A stretch of 64,000 nt of DNA from Trueperaceae bacterium (GCA_965213925.1 OZ243927.1:4416001-4480000), one strand, 5' to 3'; counted from the stretch's first letter, positions 37,294-47,778 are shown. Numbers and translations are program-made. The notes: a model not told the origin generated them from the sequence alone.

Positions 37294-38250
37294 CTAACTC
37301 TGCACTTTCGTAGACCCCAAGCGCCTCAACCAGCGCGCTTTCACAATCGTTAAACCCAGACGGACGCTGTTCTTGGCGTAGCGCAGCCTTGGATAGTGCG
37401 CCAACGCCTCCTGGTGGAGCTGCGACGCTTCCTTGTCGTCGCCCGCATAGAGCAGCGAGCGCCACGCCGTATGAAGATACGCCCGCCCCAAAGCTCGCCC
37501 CTTGAGGTGCTGCTGCGCCGCGGGCACATCCCGAAAAGATTTATCGATGATTCGGCGGAGCGTAGGCAGGAGCGACTGATAGTTCTTGTGCTTGTTGTCG
37601 GCGTGCTGGCGGTAGGCAGCTAGGGGTTCTTTAACTACCGCAAAGCGGTAGCGCGCGGTGATGCGAATCCACATCTCCCAGTCTTCGGCGTAGCGAAAGC
37701 TCTCGTCAAACGTGCCGACCTCTCCGAAGAGTCGGCGGCGCACCAGCGGCGTGCTGCCGCAGCGCACCAGGTTGTACTCGACCATCTGCGCCCACACGTC
37801 GCCCTCTAAATGCTGCGTCATCACCTTGCCGATAGGCTCGCCCGCCGCGTTGATATACGAAATCCAGGTGTCCACCAAGCCCACCTCAGGGTCAGCCTCC
37901 ATGCGCGCCACCTGCTTCTCGAGCTTCGTCGGCTGCCACAGGTCGTCCGCGTCCAGAAAGGCGACGTACTCGCCCCTTGCCGCCGCCACGCCCGTGTTGC
38001 GCGCCGCCGCCGCGCCGCCGTTGGGTCTCGAGACCAGCTTGACCCTCGGGTCGGGGTGCGCCGCCGCCCAGCTCGCCGTATTGTCCTTGCTACCGTCGTC
38101 TACGATGAGCACTTCGAAGTCTTGGAGCGTTTGTGCCAAGACGCTCTCGACGGTGTGCGGAAGAAAGCGCATGGCGTTGTAGGCGGGGATGACGACCGAC
38201 ACTTTGGGAATAATATGTGGAGCTTTGGAAGAACTTGGCTGATAGGGCAT
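37294..38250 (-). CDS. Glycosyltransferase family 2
   Basis: VSVVIPAYN, VDDGSKD, ARNTG, FLDADD, EDWEMW. Confidence 0.92.
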   Translation of the reverse strand: MPYQPSSSKAPHIIPKVSVVIPAYNAMRFLPHTVESVLAQTLQDFEVLIVDDGSKDNTASWAAAHPDPRVKLVSRPNGGAAAARNTGVAAARGEYVAFLDADDLWQPTKLEKQVARMEADPEVGLVDTWISYINAAGEPIGKVMTQHLEGDVWAQMVEYNLVRCGSTPLVRRRLFGEVGTFDESFRYAEDWEMWIRITARYRFAVVKEPLAAYRQHADNKHKNYQSLLPTLRRIIDKSFRDVPAAQQHLKGRALGRAYLHTAWRSLLYAGDDKEASQLHQEALAHYPRLRYAKNSVRLGLTIVKARWLRRLGSTKVQS

Positions 38251-38390
38251 GGTGTCCTTTTACGTGAGTCTCAACACTGTCGCTGGCACGACCTTAATCT
38301 CAGAGGTTGCGCGTCCCGCGAAGTCCGGTGTGAGTAGCGGACCGGTCCACGTGAAGTTTAACTTTTTTCAAACTAAGATATGCTGAGTGA

Positions 38391-38598
38391 TACCAATTCC
38401 GATTGATTCTCAATCAATCCGAGCGAAAAAGTCTTCAACCGGGCGTATCATGCCGTCGTAATGTCGCTCATATTGGCTATTCGTTGATGTTACCACCGGT
38501 TGAGGACTCTCCTGCGAGCAGGAACAAATATACGGATGGAGCGTATGGACTATCACCGAACGCTTCTCTCGGTGATAGGGAATTAAGCGGAATCCGTA
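38391..38598 (-). repeat. Deinococcus-type ~210-bp MITE-like structured repeat, copy 1
   Basis: Ends TACCAATTCCG / CGGAATCCGTA; reverse-complement match to 52824-53040; several internal hairpins. Confidence 0.88.
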
Positions 38599-38607
38599 TG
38601 ACCCCGC

Positions 38608-39660
38608 TCACTCGGCACCGCTCACAACCTCTCGAAAAGCTTGCCATGTTTCCTTGCCGACCTCTCCCCACTCGAGCGCGTTCAGGTCCGCGCGTTGCCC
38701 CGCGACCCCTCGCGCCCACGCCTGACTCGCCCGTAGGTCCGCCGCGCTCAGCATTCCACGGTACATCTTAACCCAAGCCTCACCCACTTTCCCCTGCAAC
38801 TCCTCCATCGCACCCATGTTAGGGACCAGGATAGGTGTATCGAGCGAGAGCGCCATCAGCGCGCTGCCCGAATGCAAGATGTCCTTGTAGGGAAGAACCG
38901 CGACGTCCGCAGCGGCGAAGTAGTATTGTAGGTCGTCATCCGGGATAAACGTCAAGTGGAGCCGCACGCGCGGGTCATCCTGCGCTGCTTTCTCTATCTC
39001 ACGCTTTAAGCGGGGCGTGCGAGGATTGCCCGCGACCAAAAGCAGCGTCTGCTCGTCGTCAAGTTCGCGGAAGGTGCGCACAAGGTGGGGCACGTTTTTG
39101 TACCTTCTGATCTGCCCGAAGTGCAAGACAACCCCGACCTCTTCCGGTATCCCCAGGCGCTCGCGGGCAACTCGTTTTGACACCTGCACCTGATGCGAGT
39201 CGCGGTAATGACCTCTCGGAATCACGAACGAGGGCAGCGTTTTGAGGTGCGGAAACTTTGCGGTAGCCTCATCTGCTGCCGTTTGGCTGAGCGCAATCCA
39301 GCCGTCTAAGAGTTTGACGTAAGGGCGGTAGAAAAACGGCTCTAGGTAGGGATGATAGCGCTCGTGCGGGCGGAGGTTATGCACTGTCCACACGAGCTTA
39401 ACTCCTTTGGACTTAGCCTCTTTCAGCCAGCCCAATATCTCAGAGGTGTGCTTCATGATTTTGAGGGGGCTGCGCGTGTTGAAGTGGGTGTCGGGCCAGT
39501 GGATGTGCCACACGTCGTAACCGTCTACGCTAAAACGCCCCTCAGACATCGCCTGGGTCGAGAAGTCGTCTATCTCGACGCCAAAGGGTTTCATGCTGCC
39601 GTACAAGAGGTCCATGTGGTTATTCGTGGGGATGGAGGCGGGCCAGGCGAGTATTCGCAT
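38608..39660 (-). CDS. Glycosyltransferase family 4-like
   Basis: HIHWP, VWTVHNL.PH, FGQIRRYKNV, D..VLPY....SG. Confidence 0.88.
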   Translation of the reverse strand: MRILAWPASIPTNNHMDLLYGSMKPFGVEIDDFSTQAMSEGRFSVDGYDVWHIHWPDTHFNTRSPLKIMKHTSEILGWLKEAKSKGVKLVWTVHNLRPHERYHPYLEPFFYRPYVKLLDGWIALSQTAADEATAKFPHLKTLPSFVIPRGHYRDSHQVQVSKRVARERLGIPEEVGVVLHFGQIRRYKNVPHLVRTFRELDDEQTLLLVAGNPRTPRLKREIEKAAQDDPRVRLHLTFIPDDDLQYYFAAADVAVLPYKDILHSGSALMALSLDTPILVPNMGAMEELQGKVGEAWVKMYRGMLSAADLRASQAWARGVAGQRADLNALEWGEVGKETWQAFREVVSGAE

Positions 39661-39691
39661 ACTTTTCCTCTTCAGATGTGTTGGACTTAGC

Positions 39692-40903
39692 TTAGAGCGC
39701 CTCGATAAGCGCGACGAACTGTTCGTTCAAAACATCGTTATTGAACTCCCGCTCGACTTTAGCGCGGGCGGCGCGGCTCATATCGCTCAAAGTCTGAGGG
39801 GACGAGAGAAGCTCGAGCAGCCCCCTAGCGAGTGCGTCACTGTCGCGCTCGGGCACTAGATAGCCCGACACGCTATGTTCGATGAGTTCGGGGATGCCGC
39901 TATGCCAGGTGCTCAGCACGGGCGTTCCTTGCGCCATCGCCTCCATGATTGCCACTGGGATGCCCTCCATATCGCCGTTTTGCGCCGTGACGCTCGGCGC
40001 GAGCAGCACGTGAGCTTCGGAAAGCGTTTCGAACACGACGCGGCTCGGCTGAGGTCCTAAAAACCTAACGTGTGTCTGCACCCCTAAATGTGTCGTCTCA
40101 GCTTCTAGCACTTTGCGCAACGGACCGTCACCGATGATCGTATAGACGAGGTCGGGGTGCTGTGTAATAACGGCAGGCAGGGAGCGAATCGCGTAGATGA
40201 GCCCCTTTTTCTCTACCGCCCTCGCGACGCTCAAAAGCTTGACGGGCTCTCTCAGCGGCGTAGGATTAAAGGCGATCTCCGAACACGCGACGCCCATGTG
40301 GTGCACGCGCATCTTTTCAGACGGGAAGCCTTTCTCCTCGAGCCGCGCTTTCCACAGCTCGTTGACGGTTAGGAACAGGTCGCCCTCCTCCCTAAGCTGA
40401 GCGTAAGCGTCAGGGTGCGCGTCCAAGTAGGCGGAAACGTCAACCCCGTGAAAGATAGTAACGATTTTTCCAGAGAGTGCCCCGGCACCCTTGAGCGCCG
40501 CCGCCTCAGCGCCGTTGTAGCCGAAGTGACAGCAGACTACGTCGAAGGGCGGCTTCTGATTGAGAAAGGTCACACCAGCGGCAAAGAGCCGCGCGCTCCA
40601 GCGTCCTCTCAGGTAATCTCGAGGGCGCAGCACGCTCAAGTAAGCGGGGATGTTCGCGGGGTGGCGCACACACGACCTCAACATAAGCGCCGCCACGCTG
40701 AAGAGTCGCTCGAGCTTACGGCGCTCACCGGGCAGATAGAGGACCCTCACCCGCTCCGCCACCGGCACGTTGGCGCTAGGGTCCGCGCTAGGTTGCGCAA
40801 CCACGCTCACCTCGTGCCCAGCTTGGGCGAGCGCCTCGATCTGGCGGTAGACAAACGTCAAAGAGGTCAAGGGAAACTCCCTCAGCACGAACGCTATCTT
40901 CAC
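39692..40903 (-). CDS. Glycosyltransferase family 4, WcaL-like
   Basis: FP..S.TF, HFG, FHGVDVS, R.VEKKG, DMEGIPVAIMEAMA. Confidence 0.9.
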   Translation of the reverse strand: MKIAFVLREFPLTSLTFVYRQIEALAQAGHEVSVVAQPSADPSANVPVAERVRVLYLPGERRKLERLFSVAALMLRSCVRHPANIPAYLSVLRPRDYLRGRWSARLFAAGVTFLNQKPPFDVVCCHFGYNGAEAAALKGAGALSGKIVTIFHGVDVSAYLDAHPDAYAQLREEGDLFLTVNELWKARLEEKGFPSEKMRVHHMGVACSEIAFNPTPLREPVKLLSVARAVEKKGLIYAIRSLPAVITQHPDLVYTIIGDGPLRKVLEAETTHLGVQTHVRFLGPQPSRVVFETLSEAHVLLAPSVTAQNGDMEGIPVAIMEAMAQGTPVLSTWHSGIPELIEHSVSGYLVPERDSDALARGLLELLSSPQTLSDMSRAARAKVEREFNNDVLNEQFVALIEAL

Positions 40904-40909
40904 GGCTAT

Positions 40910-42247
40910 TTACGCTTTCACATGGTCTTGAGCTGACGGTTTACTTGCGGGGTCTAGGTCAAACACGTAGTCCAAAGCGTCGAAGGATGCCTCAGCCCGC
41001 CGATGCTCGCTCAGAACACCTTCAAAAAGCTGCTTATTGAAACTCGAGTAGTGCTCGACAAAACGCTCAATCTTACCTGCTAGTTCGTCGCCTGTAACGG
41101 TATCGATGTCCGAAACATACTTACCGATGCCGAAGCGACGAAAGAGTTCGGTCGTTTTGAACTCGTAAGAGATAGGCACGACGGGCGTACCTCTCGTAAG
41201 TGACAAAATAGCGACGTGCAGCCGCGTTGCTATGACAAGGTCAAAATCTGCCAGCTTAGCTTGCAAATCGAAAGGATCGTTGAAGTCAGAATTGACGGTT
41301 ACGCTCGCCTGATAGACTGGGTCTAGCTCGTCGAATACGCGCTGCGCGACTTTGGCGTCGTCCACCCAGTATTCAGGTATGCCCTGACAGGTGGAAATAA
41401 AGGTCACTTGCGCCCCGTAGGTGTCAATGACGAATTCCGTCGCCTGCCGGACGGCTTTCAGATATCTCTTCATACCGACGTCGGGCGAATCGTTTTTGAA
41501 ATACGGCCAGTGCCGCACCGATATGGCTACACGCTTAGGACGTAACGCTATAGCTTCACCCGCTTCCGCCACCTCTTTCTCTACCGCCGTAACGAAAACA
41601 GCGTCGGCTGACACCTGCATGTTGTCCGCCGTGTTCACGCTCTTGCAGTGTTCGTAAGAAGCCTCGTCGCGAAGCAGAATAAGGGCACACTTGGGAAACA
41701 CCTGACTCAGCATCTCTCGGTTGCGCTCCTCTGTAAAGGGTCCCATCGACTGAGTAAAGAGGACGACGGGGCGACCTGTGGCGAGCGAGAAACTTAGTTC
41801 GTCGTACCTCCTCTTGATGGAGTAGTTCTCGACGATGTAGGTCCCGCCCGTACCAATAATCATATCTACACTTACGTAATCGTCGAAAATCGCTCTCACC
41901 CTTGCTGGCATGAGCGCGCGGGCTAGGTTGATCCAGCCCCGCCTGAGCAGGGCGAGCGAAAGCACAGCCCGCACACGCTGCCCCTCTTGTTTTATCTTTC
42001 GACGTATCTTGCTGACTAGACCGGGCTGCGCCGCCGACCCCTCCCCCCCAAACGACCTCAAAACGTACTGTAGCTGGCTCTTGATCGTCAGGTCTGGGTA
42101 GTAGCGACGCGCCGCCTCTGCCTGGGAATCGTAGATCACAAACTCCGTATCGGGCCCGTATTTCTGCTCCATGCCCGCGATCATAGACTTGAGTATGGCG
42201 GCGTCGCCGGCGTTGAGCATGACTATATTTGTGATAGCGATTTTCAC
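40910..42247 (-). CDS. Polysaccharide pyruvyltransferase, WcaK-like
   Basis: NAGDAAI, GGTY, QSMGPF, LRDEAS, ADAVF, TRLH, YEFKT. Confidence 0.9.
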   Translation of the reverse strand: MKIAITNIVMLNAGDAAILKSMIAGMEQKYGPDTEFVIYDSQAEAARRYYPDLTIKSQLQYVLRSFGGEGSAAQPGLVSKIRRKIKQEGQRVRAVLSLALLRRGWINLARALMPARVRAIFDDYVSVDMIIGTGGTYIVENYSIKRRYDELSFSLATGRPVVLFTQSMGPFTEERNREMLSQVFPKCALILLRDEASYEHCKSVNTADNMQVSADAVFVTAVEKEVAEAGEAIALRPKRVAISVRHWPYFKNDSPDVGMKRYLKAVRQATEFVIDTYGAQVTFISTCQGIPEYWVDDAKVAQRVFDELDPVYQASVTVNSDFNDPFDLQAKLADFDLVIATRLHVAILSLTRGTPVVPISYEFKTTELFRRFGIGKYVSDIDTVTGDELAGKIERFVEHYSSFNKQLFEGVLSEHRRAEASFDALDYVFDLDPASKPSAQDHVKA

Positions 42248-42276
42248 GTGATGAAGCCTCCGTTAGCGGTTCGCGC

Positions 42277-43743
42277 TCAGCCTTTAGCTTTGAGAGGGCG
42301 GCGTAGCGGGAGCGTCGTGCGAACGAGGTCGAACACTCTGAGCGACAAGGCTGGGGCGATCAGCCTTATGCTCGCTAAATAGGACGTGCCGCCCGCGAGC
42401 GCGAGCAGCGCGAGCCTGACGGCGGGCGCGAGGTTAGCGGACAGCGTGAGCGTAGCGTAGAGCGCGCCGACCATGAGGAGCGAAGCAGTGAGCGGACCTA
42501 GAAAGCGTCTGAGATAGTCCTTGATGCTTATGTTGGTGAGCCGCTTGACCATGATCACGCTGACGGGCGAAAGAATGTATGCGCGGATTGTATAGGCTGC
42601 CGCGACCGCTTCGATGCCGAAGCGCACCACGCTCAGAAACGAAACCAGGTTGATCACCGCCGAGAGCGCGCCGTAAGCGACCTGCCACTGAGGTTTCCCG
42701 TAGGCTTGAACGACGACGAAATTGAAACTGAGCGAAGTCTGAATCATGCCCGCGCCGCAGAGAATTTGCAGCACGAGCACGCTCTTTGTCCACTCCTCGC
42801 CGAACACGAGAGGCACCAGCAGAGGTGCGACAAAGGCGAGACCTATAAAGGCAGGGAACGCCAAGAAGCTAACCGTCTCTATGAGGGAATAGAACGCCCT
42901 CCTAGTACGGGCAAGCTCCGTTTGCGTACGCGAAATAGCCGAGAACGCGACCTCGGAGAACGACGAGGAGAAAAGCTCCGCAACGATATAGTAAGCGCGG
43001 TAGGCTACGCCGTAAAAGCCGAGCGCGGTGGGACCAAGGAACGCGCCGATCAAGAGGTCATCGCTACGCCGGTTGATAAACGTCAGCGCCCGTGTGCCGA
43101 ACGAGTTGACTTCAAAAGCGAAGAGGTCTACGAAGTGCTTCCTCGAAAACGCGAACCTCGGTCTCCAGGAACTTAAAAACCACAAGGTTGCTGTGGACAG
43201 GACGCTCGAGATAAGTTGCTGAGCGACGAGGCTCCACACCCCGAAACCTGCGAACGCCATACCCACCCCGACAGCGCCGCCCACAACTAACCCCAGCAGG
43301 GTCCGCACCGCGAGCGCTCTATACGCAAGCTCTCGCTGCAAATAAGCGTTCTGCACGTTGACAAATGCGTTGATGATAAAGACGAGCGAGAGCCAGCGTA
43401 AGATAGCGCCGAGTTCTGGCTGGTTAGATAGATGGGCGATGAGGGGCGCAAGCGCGAAGACGAGCGCTGTGAGTAGAGCGCCCGTGACGATATTGCTCCA
43501 GAAGGCGGTGTCTAGGTGCTCTGGTTCGAGCTTGGGGCGCTGCACGAGCGCTTTGACGAAGCCGTTGCCCAGAAAGATATCGGCTATAGCGATAAATACG
43601 CCCGCGTAGGCGACGAGGCCGAACGCTTCCGGTCCGAGGAGCCGGGCGAGGATGAAAAAGACGAGCAAACCCCAGAACCGGGCAGCCCAGCGCTGCACAA
43701 GAGACCAGACGACTCCGACAATCGTTCTTTCTTTAAGGCTCAT
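42277..43743 (-). CDS. Wzx flippase (PST family)
   Basis: LARLLGPEAFGL, ALVQR, GFGVWSLV.QQ, DDLLIG..LG..ALGFY. Confidence 0.92.
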   Translation of the reverse strand: MSLKERTIVGVVWSLVQRWAARFWGLLVFFILARLLGPEAFGLVAYAGVFIAIADIFLGNGFVKALVQRPKLEPEHLDTAFWSNIVTGALLTALVFALAPLIAHLSNQPELGAILRWLSLVFIINAFVNVQNAYLQRELAYRALAVRTLLGLVVGGAVGVGMAFAGFGVWSLVAQQLISSVLSTATLWFLSSWRPRFAFSRKHFVDLFAFEVNSFGTRALTFINRRSDDLLIGAFLGPTALGFYGVAYRAYYIVAELFSSSFSEVAFSAISRTQTELARTRRAFYSLIETVSFLAFPAFIGLAFVAPLLVPLVFGEEWTKSVLVLQILCGAGMIQTSLSFNFVVVQAYGKPQWQVAYGALSAVINLVSFLSVVRFGIEAVAAAYTIRAYILSPVSVIMVKRLTNISIKDYLRRFLGPLTASLLMVGALYATLTLSANLAPAVRLALLALAGGTSYLASIRLIAPALSLRVFDLVRTTLPLRRPLKAKG

Positions 43744-44023
43744 TATTCGTGGGTCTCATCTCAGAAATGGGAGTAGAGGTGGGTGCGCCATAAGGCTCGA
43801 GCTTACGGTAGCGAGTCGCCTCCTCGAGGTGCCACCGCCCAGCGCATTTAACCATAAGCCACAGTTCATGTCTACGCGGTCGGACGACCGTAAGGACATA
43901 GCCAGAATGGAAAATGCTATCTTGAATCCGCGGAGCAAACGCCGCGTTTAATACGGAGTGTCTAAATTTTGCGGTACGCCGCGACCCACTCGAACCCCTG
44001 GAAAGCCCTATAAGGAGCGACCC

Positions 44024-44845
44024 ATGAACGTTGGACACATGCTACGTGAGGTCAAGACTAAAGCCAGCAGTACGTACATGCGCCTGAGTTACAGACGAAA
44101 GGCTAGAGTCTACTGCGTCGGAACGGCGAAAAGCGGCACGCACTCAATTGCTGAGATGTTTGACGACACCGTTCGTTCGGGGCACGAGCCTGAATACCGC
44201 GAGGTCATCCGGAAAATCTTCGAGATTGAAGAGGGGAAGATGTCAGAGTCGGCGGCCCTGTCCTACGTCCGAGCCAGAGATAAAAGGCTCTGTTTAGATA
44301 TCGACTCGTCTCAGCTCAACTTCTTTATCCTTAGCTACCTTTTAGAGGCGTTTCCGGATGCGCGCTTTATCCTCACCATCCGAGACTGTTACTCCTGGTT
44401 GGACTCTTTTATCAACCACTCGCTGCGCCGAGATGCCAGGAAAGAATGGATTGCACTTAGGGATTACCGGTTTCAAGCGCACACCTTGTCACACCCTCCA
44501 GAGGAGCGGGCGCTCGAAGAGAGGGGGCTATACACGCTCGACGGCTACCTCTCATACTGGGCGCACCATAACCACAAGGTTTTATCTTCTATTCCACAAG
44601 ACCGCCTTATGGTGCTCAAAACAAAGGAGATAACGCAGTCGGCTCAGGCTATCGCTGCGTTTACCGGTCTGCCGAAAGAAACGATACTGCTAGAGAAATC
44701 TCACGCCTTCAAAAACCCCGAGAAGTACAACGTCTTACGAGAGATCAAAGAGACCCATCTCGAGGCGAAGGTACACCTGCACTGCGGCGACCTCATGAGC
44801 AGATTCTTCCCTGAGATTCGTTCCGTACGTGATACGGAAGTTTGA
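44024..44845 (+). CDS. Sulfotransferase family protein
   Basis: 5'-PSB loop VGTAKSGTHS; 3'-PB motif FPDARFILTIRD..SW..S; AAGGAG SD. Confidence 0.82.
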   Translation: MNVGHMLREVKTKASSTYMRLSYRRKARVYCVGTAKSGTHSIAEMFDDTVRSGHEPEYREVIRKIFEIEEGKMSESAALSYVRARDKRLCLDIDSSQLNFFILSYLLEAFPDARFILTIRDCYSWLDSFINHSLRRDARKEWIALRDYRFQAHTLSHPPEERALEERGLYTLDGYLSYWAHHNHKVLSSIPQDRLMVLKTKEITQSAQAIAAFTGLPKETILLEKSHAFKNPEKYNVLREIKETHLEAKVHLHCGDLMSRFFPEIRSVRDTEV

Positions 44846-45098
44846 GGGACGCATTAGATGCGAGATGAAGCAACGAGTCCCAGCACGGTGGAGCGGGCGC
44901 GAATATACGGCGCTTCCACGTAACGTTACTACATTTCTCCGCAGGCATCATCCCCAAATGTGCGTGTCAAGCGATATTTTTTGAAGTGAGAGTATCTCAA
45001 ACCAGATGATACCTGCTATAAAAAATGCTTTCAGAAACGGTGTGAGCTGAAGTTGTGGCGGGACTCAAAGTGGAGGCGGAGACTGCCAAGGCAGTTGC

Positions 45099-46073
45099 TC
45101 AATCCTTAATTGTCGGAGCACTTTCTACTCGCGCCGTTGCACCATTCACTATTAAGCTGTCCTGCGGCAGAAAACGCACCTCACGCTCGAGCCACACCCC
45201 AAAGCGCTCCTGCACCACCTCTTGAATATGCGCCATCAGCGCCTTGACGTCTTGCGAGGTCGCCTCGCCGCCGTTCTCGATCCAGTTGGCGTGCGTGGGG
45301 CTCACCACCGCACCGCCGACCTTATAGCCTTTGAGCCCGGCTTGGTCGATATACCAGCCTGCGGGCTCGCCCCCCTCGGGCTGCTTAAAGACGCTGCCGC
45401 TCGTGTGACGCTGCAAGGGCTGCTTGGCAGCGCGCTTTTTGAGCACCTCTTTTTGCCGCGCCTTGATCGCGTCTACGTCGTCTCGTTTTTCGGCGCGAAA
45501 GGTCGCGTCTAGGACCCAGTGAGTGTGCAAGAGGTCGCTGTGGCGGTAGCGCAACCCGGCTTCGCTGGCGCTGAGCGTTTGGATGCGCCCTGTGGCCAGC
45601 TCGAGCGTCCGCACAGATTCTAAACGTTCGCTGATCGAGACGCCGCTCGCCCCGCCGACGCCGGCGTTAATGGCGACGCCTGCGCCCACCGTGCCGGGAA
45701 TGCCAATTAGAAACTCGAAGCCAGAGAGACCCGCTTGCCCCGCCTTGACCGCGAGTTTAGGAAGCGGACAGCCCGCCTCCGCGCGGACGCGCCCCCCGTC
45801 GGCGTCCACCGTGACCTCGTCGAAGGAGCTGCGCAGACAGACGACCACGCCGGGGACGCCCGTGTCGTCGATGAGCGTGTTCGAGCCGCGCCCTAAGATG
45901 GTGAGGGGCAAGCAGGCGTCTTTAGCGTACTCGTAAGCGGCGATGAGTTCGTCGGCGCTGTCGGGCTCTAAGAGCACCTCCGCTTCGCCGCCGATGTTCC
46001 AGGTCGTGTAGGGCGCGAGCGCGTGGTGGTAGCGGGGCGCGTTGACGTAGTCGGGAGGAGCGAGTTCAGGCAT
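45099..46073 (-). CDS. murB: MurB-like enolpyruvyl reductase (paralogue within the EPS locus)
   Basis: TTWNIGG, LGRGSN, GIPGTVG...NAG, YRHS, GSVFK, HANWI.N, LEREV. Confidence 0.88.
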   Translation of the reverse strand: MPELAPPDYVNAPRYHHALAPYTTWNIGGEAEVLLEPDSADELIAAYEYAKDACLPLTILGRGSNTLIDDTGVPGVVVCLRSSFDEVTVDADGGRVRAEAGCPLPKLAVKAGQAGLSGFEFLIGIPGTVGAGVAINAGVGGASGVSISERLESVRTLELATGRIQTLSASEAGLRYRHSDLLHTHWVLDATFRAEKRDDVDAIKARQKEVLKKRAAKQPLQRHTSGSVFKQPEGGEPAGWYIDQAGLKGYKVGGAVVSPTHANWIENGGEATSQDVKALMAHIQEVVQERFGVWLEREVRFLPQDSLIVNGATARVESAPTIKD

Positions 46074-47400
46074 AGCTGATGTCGCCGCCTAAACTCCGCA
46101 GCTTCTGCACGAAACCGTTGTAGCCGCGCTCGACTTGCCAAGCATCTTGCACGTACGTCGTGCCGTCCGCGGTGAGCCCCGCGAGCGTGAGCGAGACGCC
46201 CGCGCGCAGATCGAGCGCCTTGACCTCCGCGCCGCGCAGGGGTGCGCCGCCCGCGATCTTGAGCAAGTTGCCGTCGACCTCGCGCTGCGCGCCCATCTTG
46301 GCGAGTTCGTCGGCGTAGCCGTAGCGCCCTGGAAAGCGCAGGTCGACGATGCGCGATTCGCCCCGCGCGCACGCGCCGTAGAGCGCGAAGAGGGGCTGCA
46401 TGTCCGAGTTGATGCCGGGGTAGGGTCCGGTGCTGATCTCGACGGGGAAGCAGCGCCCGCCGCGGACGATGAGGCTGTTTTCGCCCCTGTAGAACTTCGC
46501 GCCGCTCTCGCGCAGGTGGATGAGGGGCACCTCTAAATCTTGGGCGGGAAAGTTGACGATCTCGACGCTGCCGTGCGTCACCACCGAGCCGATAAGCCAG
46601 GTGATCGCCTCCATGTTGTCCGCGATGACCGTGTGCTGCGTGCCCGAGAGGGACTCCGAGCCGATGATCTCGATGTGCTCTTGCCCGAACACCTTGATGC
46701 GCGCGCCCATCCCCCTTAAAAATTCGATGAGGTCTAAAATTTCGGGGCGGATGTGCGGGTTCCAGACGCGCGTGATGCCCTCCGCCAGACTTCCGCAAAT
46801 AATCGCATTTTCGGTCGCGCCCGTCGAGCGTATGGGCAAGTAGATGTCGTTGCCCCGCAAACGCCCCGGCGCGCTCGCGCAGAGCGTGTCGCCTTCGGTC
46901 CAGACCTCCGCGCCGAGGCGGCGCAGCACCATCTCGTGCAGGTCGAACTTGCGCTCGCCCAGTTTGCAGCCACCCGGCAGCGGCACCTTGCCCTCACCGA
47001 GACGCGCCGTGAGCGCCCCTAAGATCAGCAGCGTGTTCCTGATCGAGCGACCCGACCACTCGAGCGTTGCGTGGGGCGCGCCCGCCTCTTCGCCTATCGT
47101 GATCGTTTCGCTGCCTGGGGCGCACGTCTTGCCGAGGGCGCGGAGCATCTCCACGTGGACTTGGGCGTCGAGCAACCCGGCTGGGTAGTTGCGCAGCACG
47201 ACCCGTTCGTCCGTTAAGAGGGAAGCGGCGAGCAGCCTGAGCACGCTGTTTTTCGCGCCGCTTACGTGGACTGTGCCCTCGAGCCGCGACATCCCCACCG
47301 CGTAGGTCGTCCGCTCGGGCTGCGCCGACGCCGTGTGCGGCTGCGAAGCCCGGTCTTCAGCTGTATCTACCTTTTCTGTCACTGCGGTGTCTTGTGGCAT
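46066..47400 (-). CDS. murA: MurA-like enolpyruvyl transferase (paralogue within the EPS locus)
   Basis: SGAKNS, LPGGCKLGER with catalytic Cys, STGATEN, YPGINSDMQP, DLRAG, ERGY; AGGAG SD before ATG 47400. Confidence 0.9.
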   Translation of the reverse strand: MPQDTAVTEKVDTAEDRASQPHTASAQPERTTYAVGMSRLEGTVHVSGAKNSVLRLLAASLLTDERVVLRNYPAGLLDAQVHVEMLRALGKTCAPGSETITIGEEAGAPHATLEWSGRSIRNTLLILGALTARLGEGKVPLPGGCKLGERKFDLHEMVLRRLGAEVWTEGDTLCASAPGRLRGNDIYLPIRSTGATENAIICGSLAEGITRVWNPHIRPEILDLIEFLRGMGARIKVFGQEHIEIIGSESLSGTQHTVIADNMEAITWLIGSVVTHGSVEIVNFPAQDLEVPLIHLRESGAKFYRGENSLIVRGGRCFPVEISTGPYPGINSDMQPLFALYGACARGESRIVDLRFPGRYGYADELAKMGAQREVDGNLLKIAGGAPLRGAEVKALDLRAGVSLTLAGLTADGTTYVQDAWQVERGYNGFVQKLRSLGGDISYA

Positions 47401-47778
47401 CGTTACACTCCTAAAGAAGGATTCTAGCCGTAAACGCGCGCGCATGTCGCGCATAAGTCACATGTCGAGGTCAGTTTTGTGCTGCTTGTTCTGTGCTGCT
47501 TATGGCTAGGTGCCGCGCGGCGCTCTTCTCGCGGCTACATCCCGTGTGCGGAGTTCGCACCTGTTTCCATCATGCAAGCATATGGGTGCTGACAACGTTT
47601 CCTGCGTAGCGGGACCGCTTCATAAGTTGTACTAAGCGCTAGTGAGACCGATCACAGACCCGGAGCGCGACTCGCCCGGCGAGCGGCGCGAGCACCCCCG
47701 AGCGCATCTGTCACACGAATATTTCATATACACAGCGCGGCTTTGCCCCTATTATAAAGCATACCTGAGGGACACCCC

